Positions 44,201-56,122 of a stretch of 64,000 bases of DNA are shown piece by piece; position 1 is the stretch's first letter; the number at the start of each line of letters is the position of its first letter. The position numbers and the translations under genes are program-made. The DNA lies in the NCBI GenBank assembly GCA_963729715.1, contig CAVSPA010000007.1, positions 1-64,000 on the forward strand, given 5' to 3'. Source of the DNA: an uncultured delta proteobacterium. Its GTDB lineage: Bacteria > Desulfobacterota > Syntrophia > Syntrophales > UBA2185. Under the pieces are notes generated by a model, which saw nothing but the letters and a program-made list of their open reading frames with translations, had not been told where the DNA came from and did no database searches.

Positions 44201-45421
44201 AGTCTCTTTTTCCACCATTTTCTTGGCACTTTTCACGGTGGTTACATAACCCTTCTCCTCGAGGCGGTTATAGACAAATGGTTTAAAAAGCTCGAGCGCC
44301 ATCTTCTTGGGAAGACCGCACTGATGAAGCCGGAGATCAGGCCCCACTGTAATGACCGACCGTCCTGAGTAATCGACCCTTTTGCCAAGCAGGTTCTGCC
44401 TGAACCTGCCCTGTTTCCCTTTCAGCATGTCAGACAGGGACCTGAGAGGCCTCTTATTTGAACCTGTGATGGCCCTGCCCCTTCTGCCGTTATCGAAGAG
44501 GACGTCAACTGCCTCCTGGAGCATTCTCTTTTCGTTCCTGACTATAATCTCCGGGGCGTTTAATTCCTGCAAACGCTTCAGACGGTTATTTCTATTGATC
44601 ACCCGCCTGTAAAGATCGTTGAGGTCGGATGTCGCAAAACGGCCTCCGTCCAACGGTACCAGAGGTCGTAAATCCGGCGGGATGACGGGCAATACTGTAA
44701 GAACCATCCATTCAGGTCTGTTTGTCTTGGATTTTTTCAAGGACTCGATCACTTTCAATCTCTTGACAAGCTTCTTCTTCTTTGTATCAGAAACGGTGGA
44801 TCTCAGCTCTTCACGCAGTTCTTCATCGATCTTTATCAGATCAATTTCGACAAGAAGTTTTCTGACGGCTTCGGCTCCAATCCCAACTTCAAAAGCATCT
44901 TCGCCGTACTGTTCGTGTAACTCACTTACCTCTTCCTCAGACAGAAGTTCCTTTTTTTTCAGAGGGGTGTTCTTGGGGTCGAGCACGATCCAGGACTCGA
45001 AATAAAGAACCTTTTCCAGTTCCTTAAGACTCAAATCGAGGACATTTCCTATCCGGCTCGGAAGACTCTTGAGAAACCATATGTGAGCGACCGGCGTCGC
45101 CAGGGTAATGTGGCCCATCCTTTCTCTGCGCACCTTTGATTGGATAACCTCGACACCGCATTTCTCACATATGACGCCACGATATTTCATCCTCTTATAG
45201 CGGCCACACAGACACTCGTAATCTTTTACGGGGCCGAATATTTTTGCGCAAAACAGTCCATCTCTTTCCGGCTTGAATGTCCTGTAATTAATCGTCTCAG
45301 GTTTCTTAACCTCACCGTGGGACCACGAAAGTATCTTCTCCGGCGAAGCAAGCGACATCTTGATTGCGCTGAACCTGATAGGGTCCTTCGGTTTTTCAAA
45401 ATAACTAAAAATATCTTCCAC
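41267..45421 (-). CDS. rpoC: RNA polymerase beta' subunit
   Basis: [12 protein letters not shown] catalytic motif, N-terminal Zn finger, [13 protein letters not shown]. Confidence 0.99.
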   Translation of the reverse strand: MEDIFSYFEKPKDPIRFSAIKMSLASPEKILSWSHGEVKKPETINYRTFKPERDGLFCAKIFGPVKDYECLCGRYKRMKYRGVICEKCGVEVIQSKVRRERMGHITLATPVAHIWFLKSLPSRIGNVLDLSLKELEKVLYFESWIVLDPKNTPLKKKELLSEEEVSELHEQYGEDAFEVGIGAEAVRKLLVEIDLIKIDEELREELRSTVSDTKKKKLVKRLKVIESLKKSKTNRPEWMVLTVLPVIPPDLRPLVPLDGGRFATSDLNDLYRRVINRNNRLKRLQELNAPEIIVRNEKRMLQEAVDVLFDNGRRGRAITGSNKRPLRSLSDMLKGKQGRFRQNLLGKRVDYSGRSVITVGPDLRLHQCGLPKKMALELFKPFVYNRLEEKGYVTTVKSAKKMVEKETAEVWDALDEVVREYPVMLNRAPTLHRLGIQAFEPVLIEGKAIQLHPLVCTAFNADFDGDQMAVHVPLSIEAQTEARVLMMSTNNILSPANGKPIINPSQDIVLGIYYLTRARSDIKGEGMTFSDSGEVRRALDADAVRLHAKVRVRIDGELKDTTVGRVILYDIIPQEIPFDAINKVMNKKELANLIDNCYRSCGAKTAVLLADQLKDLGFKYATASGTSIAIHNMVVPENKKDIVALADKEVLKVQNQYMDGLITDGERYNKVIDIWAQATEKIAAEMLSGIGEEENDAATGSKRPGESLNPIYMMADSGARGSAVQIRQLAGMRGLMAKPSGEIIETPITANFREGLTVLQYFISTHGARKGLADTALKTANSGYLTRRLVDVAQDCIISENDCNTIDGIYVSALMEGGEIIEAAGERVLGRVALEEIKDPFTGEIIVHANEAIDEALAEKIDKSGVERINIRSVLTCKSKQGVCAMCYGRDLAHGHLVNIGEAVGIIAAQSIGEPGTQLTMRTFHIGGTAKFEEHSTLEARHDGTVKYVHLNTVKGHGKDIVVMNRNGEVHVLDEQARSRGKYPVPYGAHLKVKNGNVVKTGDLLAEWDPFSIPILAEVDGTVKYGDILEGKTMQEQVDEVTGLSRKVIVEYKGANFRTRVSIKDEKGKTAKIPGTNAVARYLLPVGANIVVSEGDKIKAGDIVAKIPRETTKTKDITGGLPRVAELFEARKPREFAVISEIDGTVSYGKDAKGKRKVIISPDVGEDKEYLIPKGKHVSVQEGDRIQAGEALMDGVHNPHDLLAIKGEKALARYLVDEVQEVYRLQGVKINDKHMEIIVRQMLRRVKVKDPGDTSFIADEQVERYRFQEENERVVGKGEKPAIGEPMLLGITKASLSTQSFISAASFQETTRVLTEASLAGKIDYLRGLKENVIMGRLIPAGTGLPMYRKLGIKVADAEIGDEMESQETDEKLIEKDVDIKATS

Positions 45422-45509
45422 TATATTATATCTCCCGATTCTTAGAGGGTTATCAAGTGCAAACCCTAAATTCTAAATGCTCTCCAAAACAAAGTTATGT
45501 TTGATGTTC

Positions 45510-48500
45510 TCATTCTTCTTCCATTAAGTCCACATCAAGGCAAAGACTCTGCAGTTCCTTGACAAGAACATTGAATGATTCTGGGAGCCCCGGTTCAAAC
45601 GTATGTTCACCCTTCACGATAGCTTCGTATATCCTCGTTCTGCCTGCCACATCATCGGACTTAACCGTAAGAAATTCCTGCAGTGAGTAAGCAGCACCAT
45701 AGGCTTCCATGGCCCACACCTCCATTTCACCGAGCCGCTGACCGCCAAACTGTGCTTTTCCTCCCAGGGGTTGTTGAGTCACTAAGGAATACGGTCCAAT
45801 GGACCTTGCATGAATTTTGTCATCAACAAGATGATGTAACTTCAGCATATAAATCATGCCGACCGTGACCTCCTGATCAAAAGGGTCACCCGTCTTTCCG
45901 TCAAAAAGAATAGTTTGTCCGTTCTCAGGAAGACCCACTTTCTTCAGCATATCCCTGATTTCGCTTTCTTCTGCACCATCAAACACCGGGGTAGAAACCA
46001 AAATACCCCTCTTTAATTTACTTATGAATTCTCTGAGTTTGTCCTCGGAGATACCATCTATAAAACGATCAAAATCAGGCGAGGAATAAATGCTTCGCAA
46101 TTCCTTTTTCAACCGATCGGTACTGTGATGCTTTTCCAGCATGGCATTAATCTTCTCACCCAAGCCCTTTGCGGCCCACCCTAAATGCGTCTCGAGAATC
46201 TGCCCGACATTCATGCGTGAAGGAACCCCTAAAGGATTCAAAATGATATCAACAGGTGTTCCATCCTTAAAATACGGCATATCTTCTTCCGGAAGTATCC
46301 TCGACAATACCCCTTTATTACCGTGCCTGCCAGCCATCTTGTCGCCTACGGACAGTCCTCTTTTGATGGCGATATAGACTTTGACCATTTTGATCACTCC
46401 TGGGGGAAGTTCATCGCCTGCCTTCAGCTTGCTGATTTTTTCCTCAAAAAATGCTTCAATGATCTCCTTTTTTCTCTCATAATTTGCAATCAAAGTGCCT
46501 ATTTTTTCTTCTGTCACCTCATCGCGGACGAGAGAAATATCCTTCCATAGGCCAAACGGTATTTTTTCCAGAGCTTCTTTTTCAATTAGCTCTCCTTTTT
46601 TCAGTAACATCTTCTTTTTCTTTGGATCAATCAGCTTTGAGGCAGAAGTTTTCCCGACGAGCATGCCTGCGATATTGTTCTTGACGCTTTCCGTTATGAT
46701 TCTGATTTCGTCATCCCGGTCTTTATACAAATCACTCATAGCTTCATCTTCGATGGCTTGCGTTCTGTGGTCCCTTTCAGAACCCTTTCTGGTAAATACC
46801 TTGGCATCTATCACTGTACCATCAACACCAGGGGGAACCCGGAGAGATGTGTCTCGAACGTCGCTTGCCTTTTCACCAAATATCGCTCTGAGCAGTTTTT
46901 CTTCCGCGGATAACTGAGTCTCTCCCTTCGGAGTGATCTTCCCGACAAGAATATCACCTGATTTTACAAATTCGCCCATTCTGACAATGCCGCTTTCGTC
47001 AAGGTTCCTGAGGGCTTCCTCTCCCACGTTAGGAATATCCCTTGTGATCTCCTCCTTACCCAACTTCGTATCTCTCGCCATCGTCTCGAATTCTTCAATG
47101 TGAATCGATGTGTAAATATCATCTTTTATGAGTCTCTCGCTTACCAGTATGGAATCTTCGTAGTTGTATCCCCCCCACGACATGAAAGCGACCATCACGT
47201 TTCGCCCCAATGCAAGTTCCCCGGAATCAGTGGCGGGACCGTCAGCAATGATATCACCCTTGCTGACCCAACTTCCCTTATTCACAATCGGCTTCTGGTT
47301 AAAGCAGGTATCCTGATTTGAGCGCTGATACTTTGAGAGGTTATAGATATCAACTCCTGTATCAAGTTCATCCTCTCCATCCCCATCACACTTGAGCACA
47401 ATCCTTGAAGCGTCCACCTGCTCAACTACTCCGGAGCGCCTCGCCACAACAACTGCGCCTGAGTCTCTCGCAACAATAGATTCCATCCCCGTACCCACTA
47501 TGGGAACTTCGGGTCTTAAAAGAGGAACTGCCTGTCGTTGCATATTGGAACCCATGAGGGCCCGGTTGGCATCATCGTGCTCAAGAAACGGTATTGATGC
47601 TGCCGCAATACTTACAAGCTGATCCGGAGATACATCCATCAAATTTATCTCGGTTGGCGGAATAGAAAGGAAATCGCTCCCTTTTCTGGCAGAAACCAGT
47701 TCTCCTATAAACCTCCCCCTGCTGTCAAGGGCCATATCCGCCGGTGCGATAATGTACTTTTCCTCTTCAATAGCTGTCAGGTAGCGAACTTCGTCAAGAA
47801 CCCTTCCGTTATTGACTACTCTGTAAGGTGTTTCTATAAAACCGAATGGATTGACCCGTGCATACGTACTGAGGGAAACAATGAGACCTATATTGGGACC
47901 TTCCGGCGTTTCAACAGGACAGATGCGGCCATAATGGGTAGGATGAACATCCCTGACTTCAAATCCTGCCCTTTCACGCGTGAGACCACCAGGACCAAGG
48001 GCGGAAAGCCTTCTCTTGTGGGTAATCTCCGAGAGGGGATTGGTCTGATCCATGAACTGGGAAAGTTGGCTGCTTCCAAGAAATTCATTCACAACGGCAG
48101 AAACAGGTTTGGCGTTGATAAGCTCGTGCGGCATCATTGTTTCAATGTCCTGCAGGCTCATTCTCTCTTTGATGGCTCTCTCTATCCGAACCAGACCTAT
48201 GCGGTACTGATTTTCGATCAGTTCACCTACCGACCGGATTCTACGGTTTCCCAGGTGATCAATATCGTCGACACTGCAGTCACCAGAACCATTTTTCAGA
48301 TCAATCAGGTATTTGACGGCGGCAAGGATATCCTCATTACGAAGAACTGTTACGTCTATCGGGACATCCAGGCGAAGCTTGTAATTCATCTTGGCCCTTC
48401 CCACGTCCGAGAGATCGTAACTTGCAGGATCAAAAAAGAGACTGTTGAAAAACTTATGTGCCGTCTCTGGTGTCGGCGGATTACTCGGCCTCAACCTTCT

Positions 48501-49601
48501 GTATATCTCGATTATTGCCTCTTCTTCATTCTCAATCTTATCGATGAGCAGAGTATCCTTAATCGAAGCATTGGACCTTTCCTCGTCTAGGTAAATAAAC
48601 CTAAGCTCCTGAACCCCTTTCTCGCTGACCCGCTCCAGACCATCAAGTGTTAACTCTTCATTACATCTCAACAATACTTCGCCGGTGTTGGGATCCTTTA
48701 CATCTGAAGCAAGAATTTTTCCAACTACGTCCGAGTCCTTAATCTGTATCCTCTTGATCTTCAGATCAGTCATTCTCTTGATGTGGGCTTTTGTAAACTT
48801 CCGCATCTTCTTAACAATCACTTCGCCGGATCCTGACTCCTTTATGTCTTCGGGCGCCTTCTCACCTATGAGTGACTCATCCACAACCATATAAAACTTG
48901 TTATGGTCTACAAATACCTTTTCGACATTGTAAAAATAACCGAGGAGGAATTCCGTAGAGTTTGCCATAGCCTTAAAAAGAATCGTCACGGGCATCTTCC
49001 TTCGCCTATCGATCCTCACGTAGAGGAGGTCTTTTGAATCAAATTCAAAATCCAACCAAGATCCTCTAATGGGTATAATCCTTGCTGAATAAATCAACTT
49101 CCCACTGGCGAGGGTTTTCCCCTTATCGTGATCAAAAAATATACCCGGTGATCTGTGAAGCTGACTGACGATGACTCTTTCCGTACCATTCATGATGAAG
49201 GTGCCGTTATCCGTCATCAAGGGAATTTCTCCGAAGTATATCTCCTGCTCCTTTATATCCCGGATCGTCTTATGCCCGGAAGTACGATCAGCATCGAAGA
49301 CAACCAACCTCACCACAATCTTCAAAGGAGCGGCATACGTCATGCCTTTTTGAATGCATTCCTTCACGTCATATCTGACATCTCCGATCTTGTAACTTAC
49401 AAATTCCAGCGAGCACTTCCCGCTAAAGTCGGAAATTGGGAAGACGCTCTTGAATGCACCCTGAAGTCCAAAGCTCCCCCGGTCCAGCGGGGCCACTTCC
49501 TTCTGAAGAAACTTCTCGTAGGACTTCTTTTGAATATCAATTAGATTTGGTATTTCTAATATCTTTCTTATACGGCCAAAATTCTTTCTAAACTCGTTCA
49601 T
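45510..49601 (-). CDS. rpoB: RNA polymerase beta subunit
   Basis: [42 protein letters not shown]. Confidence 0.99.
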   Translation of the reverse strand: MNEFRKNFGRIRKILEIPNLIDIQKKSYEKFLQKEVAPLDRGSFGLQGAFKSVFPISDFSGKCSLEFVSYKIGDVRYDVKECIQKGMTYAAPLKIVVRLVVFDADRTSGHKTIRDIKEQEIYFGEIPLMTDNGTFIMNGTERVIVSQLHRSPGIFFDHDKGKTLASGKLIYSARIIPIRGSWLDFEFDSKDLLYVRIDRRRKMPVTILFKAMANSTEFLLGYFYNVEKVFVDHNKFYMVVDESLIGEKAPEDIKESGSGEVIVKKMRKFTKAHIKRMTDLKIKRIQIKDSDVVGKILASDVKDPNTGEVLLRCNEELTLDGLERVSEKGVQELRFIYLDEERSNASIKDTLLIDKIENEEEAIIEIYRRLRPSNPPTPETAHKFFNSLFFDPASYDLSDVGRAKMNYKLRLDVPIDVTVLRNEDILAAVKYLIDLKNGSGDCSVDDIDHLGNRRIRSVGELIENQYRIGLVRIERAIKERMSLQDIETMMPHELINAKPVSAVVNEFLGSSQLSQFMDQTNPLSEITHKRRLSALGPGGLTRERAGFEVRDVHPTHYGRICPVETPEGPNIGLIVSLSTYARVNPFGFIETPYRVVNNGRVLDEVRYLTAIEEEKYIIAPADMALDSRGRFIGELVSARKGSDFLSIPPTEINLMDVSPDQLVSIAAASIPFLEHDDANRALMGSNMQRQAVPLLRPEVPIVGTGMESIVARDSGAVVVARRSGVVEQVDASRIVLKCDGDGEDELDTGVDIYNLSKYQRSNQDTCFNQKPIVNKGSWVSKGDIIADGPATDSGELALGRNVMVAFMSWGGYNYEDSILVSERLIKDDIYTSIHIEEFETMARDTKLGKEEITRDIPNVGEEALRNLDESGIVRMGEFVKSGDILVGKITPKGETQLSAEEKLLRAIFGEKASDVRDTSLRVPPGVDGTVIDAKVFTRKGSERDHRTQAIEDEAMSDLYKDRDDEIRIITESVKNNIAGMLVGKTSASKLIDPKKKKMLLKKGELIEKEALEKIPFGLWKDISLVRDEVTEEKIGTLIANYERKKEIIEAFFEEKISKLKAGDELPPGVIKMVKVYIAIKRGLSVGDKMAGRHGNKGVLSRILPEEDMPYFKDGTPVDIILNPLGVPSRMNVGQILETHLGWAAKGLGEKINAMLEKHHSTDRLKKELRSIYSSPDFDRFIDGISEDKLREFISKLKRGILVSTPVFDGAEESEIRDMLKKVGLPENGQTILFDGKTGDPFDQEVTVGMIYMLKLHHLVDDKIHARSIGPYSLVTQQPLGGKAQFGGQRLGEMEVWAMEAYGAAYSLQEFLTVKSDDVAGRTRIYEAIVKGEHTFEPGLPESFNVLVKELQSLCLDVDLMEEE

Positions 49602-49708
49602 ATTATCCTTTTGTATTATTCAAATATATTTGCAAACACAGAATCAGTTATTCCCGTTGCCTTGGACTGCAAAATCTCCGAAAAATAATTTTTCTATTTT
49701 GTCTGCCC

Positions 49709-50095
49709 CTACTTAACTTCAACGGTGCCTCCAACTTCCTCTATCTTCTTTTTTATATCTGCTGCTTCTTCTTTCGGAACACCTTCCTTAATCGGCTTAG
49801 GCACACCATCTACCAAGTCTTTGGCTTCTTTAAGCCCGAGACCGGTAAGAGCCCTTACAACTTTGATAACCTGAATCTTCTGTTCGCCAAATCCCGTCAG
49901 AATAACATTAAATTCTGTTTTTTCCTCTGCCTGCGCTGCCTGTTCAGTCCCTGCAGAAGCTTGGGTCACTGCCACGGGCGCGGCTGCAGATACTCCGAAT
50001 TTTTCTTCCAGTTCCTTAACTAACTCAGAAAGTTCAAGAACCGTCATTCCTTCAATAAATTTTATGACATCATCTTTTGTAATTTTGCTGGCCAT
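49709..50095 (-). CDS. rplL: 50S ribosomal protein L7/L12
   Basis: [28 protein letters not shown]. Confidence 0.99.
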   Translation of the reverse strand: MASKITKDDVIKFIEGMTVLELSELVKELEEKFGVSAAAPVAVTQASAGTEQAAQAEEKTEFNVILTGFGEQKIQVIKVVRALTGLGLKEAKDLVDGVPKPIKEGVPKEEAADIKKKIEEVGGTVEVK

Positions 50096-50119
50096 CTCTT
50101 TCATCCTCTCCTGTATATT

Positions 50120-50644
50120 TTAGTTTCCTAATTGTTTTTTTGCACGATAAGCGTCAAGCGCGCAAATAAAGCTTCTCGGCACCCCGCTCAATACGTTAAC
50201 CAACGAAGTTTGGACTCCTACCATAACGGAAAGGAGTTTTCCGAGAAGGACTTCTCTGCTCGGCAATTCCGACAGCGCGCTGATCTGATCCTTGCTCAAT
50301 AATTTGCCATTCAGCATGCCAACCCTTATTTCCAGTTCGGCGTTCTTTTTGGCAAATTCGACTAACACCTTTGTCGGCCGGACTACATCTCCGCGATTCA
50401 AGAGGATAGCCAATGGTCCTTTGAAATACTCTTTCAGCCCGCTAAAATCGGTATTCTCCGAGGCAATTCCGAGCAGCGTGTTCTTAACGACCCGCAGTTC
50501 AGTGCCTGACTTGCGTAAAGTATTCCTCAAGACAGTCAACTTCTCAACATTCATGCCGGTATACCCGGCAAGAACCGCCAACGTGGTGTCTTTAAGTTTT
50601 TCATGAAGCTCAGCTACAACCTTCTCCTTAGTTCTCCGATCCAA
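50120..50644 (-). CDS. rplJ: 50S ribosomal protein L10
   Basis: VVKNTL, LPSREVLL; position before rplL. Confidence 0.98.
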   Translation of the reverse strand: MDRRTKEKVVAELHEKLKDTTLAVLAGYTGMNVEKLTVLRNTLRKSGTELRVVKNTLLGIASENTDFSGLKEYFKGPLAILLNRGDVVRPTKVLVEFAKKNAELEIRVGMLNGKLLSKDQISALSELPSREVLLGKLLSVMVGVQTSLVNVLSGVPRSFICALDAYRAKKQLGN

Positions 50645-50796
50645 TCTTTAACCTCCTTTCACTACATTAAATTTGTAAAACTTCTAACTCTCGCAAACAA
50701 GAATGTCATCGGAAGTCAGAGAACTATTCATGATACAGGGGAGTTCTTAAACATGATGTACATTACCGAATCAAGTTGCTGCAACATCATCTACTG

Positions 50797-50849
50797 GTCT
50801 CGGCAGGCCGTTTCAAATCGTTTAAACCCCTGTACCTGCTGTCTCAGAC
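50797..50849 (-). promoter_or_regulatory. L10 leader (rplJL autoregulatory RNA element)
   Basis: Minus strand GTCTGAGACAGCAGG...TTTAAA...CCTGCCGAGAC matches the kink-turn core of L10 leaders; lies between rplA and rplJ. Confidence 0.8.
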
Positions 50850-51000
50850 TTCTATTATCGCATCATCAAATCCGACGGCATCGCAAGAAGGCCATATTCC
50901 GTGTATCCCTTTTGCGAAGCCGCCATTTTCAAAAACCTCTCTTACAGTAAATACAAGTTCGCCAAGTCCGCAGACACATATTACTGTGACGGTCCTGACC

Positions 51001-51699
51001 TCAAATATTTCTTACATCCAAGGGATCAACTTTTATCCCTGGCCCCATAGTGGTGGACAGCGATATGCCTTTGAGGTAAGTTCCCTTACTCGATGCCGGT
51101 TTCAGCTTGATTATAGCCTCCAAAAGGGCGCTGACGTTTTCCGTTAACTTATCCGCTCCAAAAGATACCTTTCCAACTGGACTATGCACTATACCTGTTT
51201 TTTCTACGCGAAATTCAACCTTGCCGGATTTTAGTTCATTGACAGCCTTCGCCACGTCAAAGGTTACTGTCCCGACTTTTGGATTAGGCATCAATCCGCG
51301 GGGACCTAATATCTTCCCCAGCTTACCGACATTGCCCATCATATCGGGTGTGGCAATCACTCTGTCAAATTCGAGCCATCCTCCCTTAATTTTTTCAATA
51401 ACATCGTCTGAACCGACAATATCGGCACCCGCATCAAGGGCTTCTTTCTCCTTTTCTCCTTTCGCAAAGACGAGCACTCTGACTGATTTGCCTAATCCAT
51501 TAGGCAAGACAACGCTCCCCCTTACCATCTGATCAGCGTGTTGTGGGCTTACGCCCAGCCGGATAGCCGCATCTACGGTTTCATCAAACTTTGTTCTCGC
51601 CGTACCAACAAGCAATTGTACGGACTCTTTTAAGGTGTACCGTTTCCCCGCCTCAATCTTTCTCTTCGCTTCTACGTAAGTCTTGCCTCTCTTAACCAT
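51001..51699 (-). CDS. rplA: 50S ribosomal protein L1
   Basis: [30 protein letters not shown]. Confidence 0.99.
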   Translation of the reverse strand: MVKRGKTYVEAKRKIEAGKRYTLKESVQLLVGTARTKFDETVDAAIRLGVSPQHADQMVRGSVVLPNGLGKSVRVLVFAKGEKEKEALDAGADIVGSDDVIEKIKGGWLEFDRVIATPDMMGNVGKLGKILGPRGLMPNPKVGTVTFDVAKAVNELKSGKVEFRVEKTGIVHSPVGKVSFGADKLTENVSALLEAIIKLKPASSKGTYLKGISLSTTMGPGIKVDPLDVRNI

Positions 51700-51815
51700 G
51701 TCAAAACCTCTGTTATTGATATTGCCAATTACACGGCTGGGCTACCCGCAATGGCAAGTGTTTAACTTTACGCACCCACCCTGATCGTGGGTTTCTTACA
51801 ATGTCCCCATTTATT

Positions 51816-52241
51816 TTATCCTGCTATTTCGATTCCCATTGACCGTGCAGTTCCCTCAATGATTCTGATTGCCCCTTCTATATCAACAGCGTTTAGGTCG
51901 TTATATTTTGAGGAGGCGATCTCCTTGATCTGTTCACGCGTCACAGTGCCGACCTTCTCCCGCCTCGGGTCCCCGGAGCCCTTCGCAATCTTGGCCGCCT
52001 GTTTGAGAAGCACAGATGCCGGCGGAGTTTTGGTCACAAAGGTGAATGATCGGTCGGCATATACTGTGATAACGACGGGAATAACCGTACCTTCCTGGTT
52101 TTGTGTCATGGCATTGTATGCCTTGCAGAACTCCATAATATTGACCCCGTGCTGTCCTAAGGCAGGCCCGATGGGGGGAGATGGAGTTGCTTTGCCTGCC
52201 TTAATCTGAAGCTTTATATTCGCTATAACCTTTTTTGCCAT
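51816..52241 (-). CDS. rplK: 50S ribosomal protein L11
   Basis: [22 protein letters not shown]. Confidence 0.99.
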   Translation of the reverse strand: MAKKVIANIKLQIKAGKATPSPPIGPALGQHGVNIMEFCKAYNAMTQNQEGTVIPVVITVYADRSFTFVTKTPPASVLLKQAAKIAKGSGDPRREKVGTVTREQIKEIASSKYNDLNAVDIEGAIRIIEGTARSMGIEIAG

Positions 52242-52286
52242 TATGACCACCCTAATTGTGTTGTTATTGGTAACCTATCCCTATTG

Positions 52287-52817
52287 TCAATGCTGAACAA
52301 CCTGGATAAAATCCAGTTCAACCGGCGTTGACCTGCCAAATATGCTGACGATGACCCTTAACTTTCCCTTCTCCGGCTTGACCTCATCGACAACACCATC
52401 AAAGTTTGTAAATGGACCATCAATTATCCTGACGTGATCTCCGACCTCAAACCTGAATTTCGGTTTTGGTTTTAAGGTTCCTTCATTTATCCTGGTCTTG
52501 AGGTTATCCACATCCTTATCAGGGATTGGCGATGGCTTCTCCTTACCCCCGATAAAGCCCGTCACCTTCGGTGTCCCTTTGACAAGGTGCCACGTTTCGT
52601 CATTCATCTCCATCCTGACGAGGATATACCCAGGGAAGAACTTCCTTTTCGACGTCTTCTTCTCTCCTGATACTAGTTCTACAATATCTTCTTCCGGAAT
52701 AAGGATATCCGAAAAGTGCTCCTGCATTCCGGCTGCTTCAATTCTTTCCTGAAGAGAGGTTTTCACCCTATTTTCAAAGCCGGAATACGTATGAACGACA
52801 TACCATTTGAACGCCAT
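52287..52817 (-). CDS. nusG: Transcription termination/antitermination factor NusG
   Basis: WYVVHTYSG.E, FPGY, GPF..F.G KOW motif, IFGRSTPVEL. Confidence 0.99.
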   Translation of the reverse strand: MAFKWYVVHTYSGFENRVKTSLQERIEAAGMQEHFSDILIPEEDIVELVSGEKKTSKRKFFPGYILVRMEMNDETWHLVKGTPKVTGFIGGKEKPSPIPDKDVDNLKTRINEGTLKPKPKFRFEVGDHVRIIDGPFTNFDGVVDEVKPEKGKLRVIVSIFGRSTPVELDFIQVVQH

Positions 52818-52822
52818 AGACT

Positions 52823-53026
52823 CTAACCCAAAACCATCCTTATTGCCTTAGACAAACCAAAGTCCACGATACCTAGAAAGATGGACACAATTATCACCAC
52901 AATTATCACCACAGAAGTGGAAGCAAGGGTCTGCCTCGGAGTCGGCCACGTAACCTTTTTCAATTCAATCTTTGCTTCTTTTAAAAACCGTATTATTTTG
53001 TCAGCAATTATTTTAACCTTATTCAT
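52823..53026 (-). CDS. secE: Preprotein translocase SecE
   Basis: ELKKVTWP plus a single TM helix. Confidence 0.97.
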   Translation of the reverse strand: MNKVKIIADKIIRFLKEAKIELKKVTWPTPRQTLASTSVVIIVVIIVSIFLGIVDFGLSKAIRMVLG

Positions 53027-53150
53027 TAGTGCAATTCCTATAAGATCAAAGCTCAGGCCTTTCGCCCCGTTTCAATCTACACGCTCAGCTTGACCATATC
53101 TTCTTTTCGCATTACTCCAATATAAAAGACTAAACGTCATTTAAACAAAA

Positions 53151-53227
53151 TGGCAGGCCAGGAGGGACTTGAACCCCCAGCATCCGGATTTGGAGTCCGG
53201 CGCTCTATCCATTAGAGCTACTGGCCT
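53151..53227 (-). tRNA. tRNA-Trp(CCA)
   Basis: Cloverleaf AGGCCAG...CTGGCCT-G-CCA; anticodon arm CCGGA-CTCCAAA-TCCGG. Confidence 0.97.
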
Positions 53228-53262
53228 GTTCCTTCTGCTGCATATTCCCTGATAAAGGAAAT

Positions 53263-53412
53263 CTACTTAGTTTCCCTGTGAAGCTTATGAGATCGACAGA
53301 ATTTACAATACTTCATTAACTCAAGCCGATTCTGCATGGTTCGCTTATTCTTCGTCGTTGTATAATTTCTCTGCTTACAATCTGTACAGGCCAAGGTAAT
53401 AATATTTCTCAT
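53263..53412 (-). CDS. rpmG: 50S ribosomal protein L33 (zinc-binding)
   Basis: Below the ORF-track cutoff. Manual translation: [49 protein letters not shown]. Confidence 0.98.
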   Translation of the reverse strand: MRNIITLACTDCKQRNYTTTKNKRTMQNRLELMKYCKFCRSHKLHRETK

Positions 53413-53434
53413 AATTAACCTACTTTTACCGTAA

Positions 53435-53510
53435 TGGAGCCCACGACCAGGATTGAACTGGTGACCTCATCCTTACCAAGGATGTGCTCTACCGACTGAG
53501 CTACGTGGGC
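53435..53510 (-). tRNA. tRNA-Thr(GGT)
   Basis: GCCCACG...CGTGGGC-T-CCA; anticodon arm CATCC-TTGGTAA-GGATG. Confidence 0.97.
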
Positions 53511-53610
53511 TTATGAATTCATCAAAAGTACTTCTTCTTCCATGCACCCCATATAATCAGCAAATCGAAACACATCTCTAAAAAAGTTTAGCAATATTAA
53601 AGATATAATA

Positions 53611-53686
53611 TGGAGCGGGAAACGGGATTCGAACCCGCGACCCTCAGCTTGGAAGGCTGACGCTCTAGCCCCTGAGCTATTCCCGC
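53611..53686 (-). tRNA. tRNA-Gly(TCC)
   Basis: GCGGGAA...TTCCCGC-T-CCA; anticodon arm TCAGC-CTTCCAA-GCTGA. Confidence 0.97.
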
Positions 53687-53750
53687 TCTTAAAAGACAGT
53701 GCACCCTGAGGTCCATCCCGCAAAAGTTACTGTCCAATTCATTTCCCTGA

Positions 53751-53832
<82 letters not shown>

Positions 53833-53850
53833 AGTTACATCACCAAAAGC

Positions 53851-53926
53851 TGGAGCTGGCGATGGGACTCGAACCCGCAACCTGCTGATTACAAATCAGC
53901 TGCTCTACCTGTTGAGCTACGCCAGC
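53851..53926 (-). tRNA. tRNA-Thr(TGT)
   Basis: GCTGGCG...CGCCAGC-T-CCA; anticodon arm GCTGA-TTTGTAA-TCAGC. Confidence 0.97.
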
Positions 53927-54006
53927 CGACTTACTCACCAGAACGGGAAACTTCATTTACTTGCTGCAAAAGAGCGGTTAAAATCTCCCAAAAACAAAAG
54001 CCTCTA

Positions 54007-54035
54007 ATGGTAATTCCATAATCAAAATTTGTCAA
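54007..54035 (-). promoter_or_regulatory. Sigma70 promoter of the tRNA-rpmG-secE-nusG operon
   Basis: TTGACA-17 nt-TACCAT on the minus strand with an AT-rich upstream tract. Confidence 0.75.
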
Positions 54036-54438
54036 CTATTATTTTTTCTAGTGTTGTGCTGAAAGATTTACGTATCGGCTCAGCATGTATAAGAAAGTAC
54101 TGTAGGGAAATGATTTCGAGTATTGATGAACACATTGCATAAACTTCACTCTATTGAACATTAGAATCCATCCATAATATCAAAATCAGCAAGGAAATGG
54201 CTCCCCGCATATCATCATTTTGCATGTCGGAGCATCCTCGATCGCTTCTATGCCTATAAAACGTAAACCTCAGTCCCCGGCACGGAAGCAACTCTATGAT
54301 CCTTCCACCCAGGAGGCAAGGGACGTAATATAGCCTCTTATTTTTTCGCGGAGATATGGAGTTGCAAACAACATTACATTTGAACACTTCTTGCCGTCAG
54401 CATTCAGACTAGTTAGCGGCTCCCTTGGCGACCGTTGA

Positions 54439-54984
54439 TTAATGTTCTCCAAAGACCTCAGCTGAAAATTTATAAACTTTGGCATCCTTATCTTTCCATG
54501 CATCCCGCTGAAGTCCGGCTTTGTAACAGGTTTCCTGAAGAAATGTCAAGCTATCCCAATTATATTCCGCGGCCACTTGCGGGAGCAGAAGGCCGGAATG
54601 AAACCCCTTAGTAATGTAAAGGCCGTGCATGCCCACTTCTATTTCATCTATGTTCTTAACCTGTTTCAGCGGGCTCATTACGGATATCTCGACGGTGATG
54701 TTCTTCAGTTCGTCCGGCTTTAATGGAGGAAAGCGTCGATCATCGAAGGCAGCGGCCAGAGCCATTTCTCCCACGGTCTTGTAAAGTGGCTTTCTCGCCT
54801 CGATATAGCCTATACAACCCCTGAGCTGACTGTGCTTTTTAAGCGTTACAAATGCTCCCTTCTTTTCATTCAGTACCTCCGAAGATAAATGAAATTCCGG
54901 GAGAGACCCGCCTGTTAGTCTGGCCTCTATTGTTTTTCTTACAACATCAAGAAGCGCCTTTTTGTCCAAGTCTGTCAACTCCAT
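54439..54984 (-). CDS. amrA: AmmeMemoRadiSam system protein A (AMMECR1 domain)
   Basis: GAFVTL, LRGCIG, AAFDDRRF, EISVMSP, GLLLPQVA, CYKAGL. Confidence 0.95.
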   Translation of the reverse strand: MELTDLDKKALLDVVRKTIEARLTGGSLPEFHLSSEVLNEKKGAFVTLKKHSQLRGCIGYIEARKPLYKTVGEMALAAAFDDRRFPPLKPDELKNITVEISVMSPLKQVKNIDEIEVGMHGLYITKGFHSGLLLPQVAAEYNWDSLTFLQETCYKAGLQRDAWKDKDAKVYKFSAEVFGEH

Positions 54985-55191
54985 AACGATACCTCCCCAT
55001 CATCCAAATAACATGCATGGGAAAACTTATTACAACTTTCAAGTAAGAGGGTGTAAGTGACTAATTCATTATTTTCTTAATTTGTGATCCGTCCATGGGT
55101 GCCTGCTTGGGGTCCATGTATTCAGGCGGCAGAACATGAGAAATCTACGGCACGATCAACTGCATGTGCAGACACCAAAGCTTTCTAAAAT

Positions 55192-56031
55192 CTAAGAATG
55201 CCGGCCCTTATAAAAGATAGCGGAAGCATAACCAACAACGCTGCTTTTATCTCCCGTTACATCTCCCGAATTGGCGTATTTCAACAATTTCGCCCTATTT
55301 GCACCCAATTTTTCTGAAACCATCATGGTCACGGCTGCCGGCCCTCCGCCGCAGGCCTCGCATAGATCTTTTTCCAAATCTTCGAGGAGACCCCTGCCAT
55401 CCATCTTTTCTATACGCTTGATCACCACCGAATCAAGCTTCACAGCCTGCTCATAAGAGTGGAAATGTGAGAGATCGGTACTTCCCACGATCAAGACATT
55501 CCTGCCATTTATCGCATTCACTATGCTCTCAGCCAGGTTTTCGCATGTTTCGCGGTCTTGCTCCCCCATAATAAGTGGCACAAAGCGAAATTCTCCGAGT
55601 GCCACTTGAAGAAAAGGGAGTTGAATCTCGAGTGAATGTTCCTGGGCATGAGCAGCCGGTATGTGGGATATCATTTCGCTTTGAGACATTATATCGTTTG
55701 CCAAGGTCACATCCACGGAGACAACGCCTAACGGGGTTTCATATCCGCCCCTGTTATATACGGAAACCCCGTGGAAAAATGCCCTATGGCTCGGGCCCAG
55801 AACCAAGACAGCATCAAAGGTTTTTCTGCGTACTATTTTGTAAGCTATTGCGGCAATCTGGCCTGAATAGACATATCCGGCGTGGGGAACAATAAGGCCT
55901 CTGATGCCGCCATCAATCACTACATCAGGCGCGTTGAGAAAAAAGTCCTCTATATCCGCCCGCAAAACCCTGGGGCTGCCAGGATACCAAGTCCCTGCGA
56001 TAACTGACTTTCTGACTTCCTTATCCATCAC
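55192..56031 (-). CDS. amrB: AmmeMemoRadiSam system protein B (MEMO1 family)
   Basis: AGTWYP, VPHAGYVYSG, GPSH, EHSLEIQLPFLQ, STDLSH, CG, YANSGD, VVGY. Confidence 0.95.
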   Translation of the reverse strand: MMDKEVRKSVIAGTWYPGSPRVLRADIEDFFLNAPDVVIDGGIRGLIVPHAGYVYSGQIAAIAYKIVRRKTFDAVLVLGPSHRAFFHGVSVYNRGGYETPLGVVSVDVTLANDIMSQSEMISHIPAAHAQEHSLEIQLPFLQVALGEFRFVPLIMGEQDRETCENLAESIVNAINGRNVLIVGSTDLSHFHSYEQAVKLDSVVIKRIEKMDGRGLLEDLEKDLCEACGGGPAAVTMMVSEKLGANRAKLLKYANSGDVTGDKSSVVGYASAIFYKGRHS

Positions 56032-56122
56032 GTTTCCTCATTGATGCGTGTCAGCCATCAATTGCGAACAGATATTCACCAATAGCATATTCACCGTATT
56101 TGCTTCACGCAACCCTTATAAA

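Noticed and set aside
41452..49544. Many ORFs of 60-218 aa, mostly plus-strand, overlapping rpoB/rpoC (and similar ones opposite r-protein genes, fusA, tuf and cysS)
   Set aside because: Antisense or alternate-frame shadows of conserved genes with no recognisable motifs.
54350..54420. GATATGGAGTTGC...AAAC resembling a fluoride riboswitch start
   Set aside because: The pseudoknot partner and a suitable downstream gene are missing.
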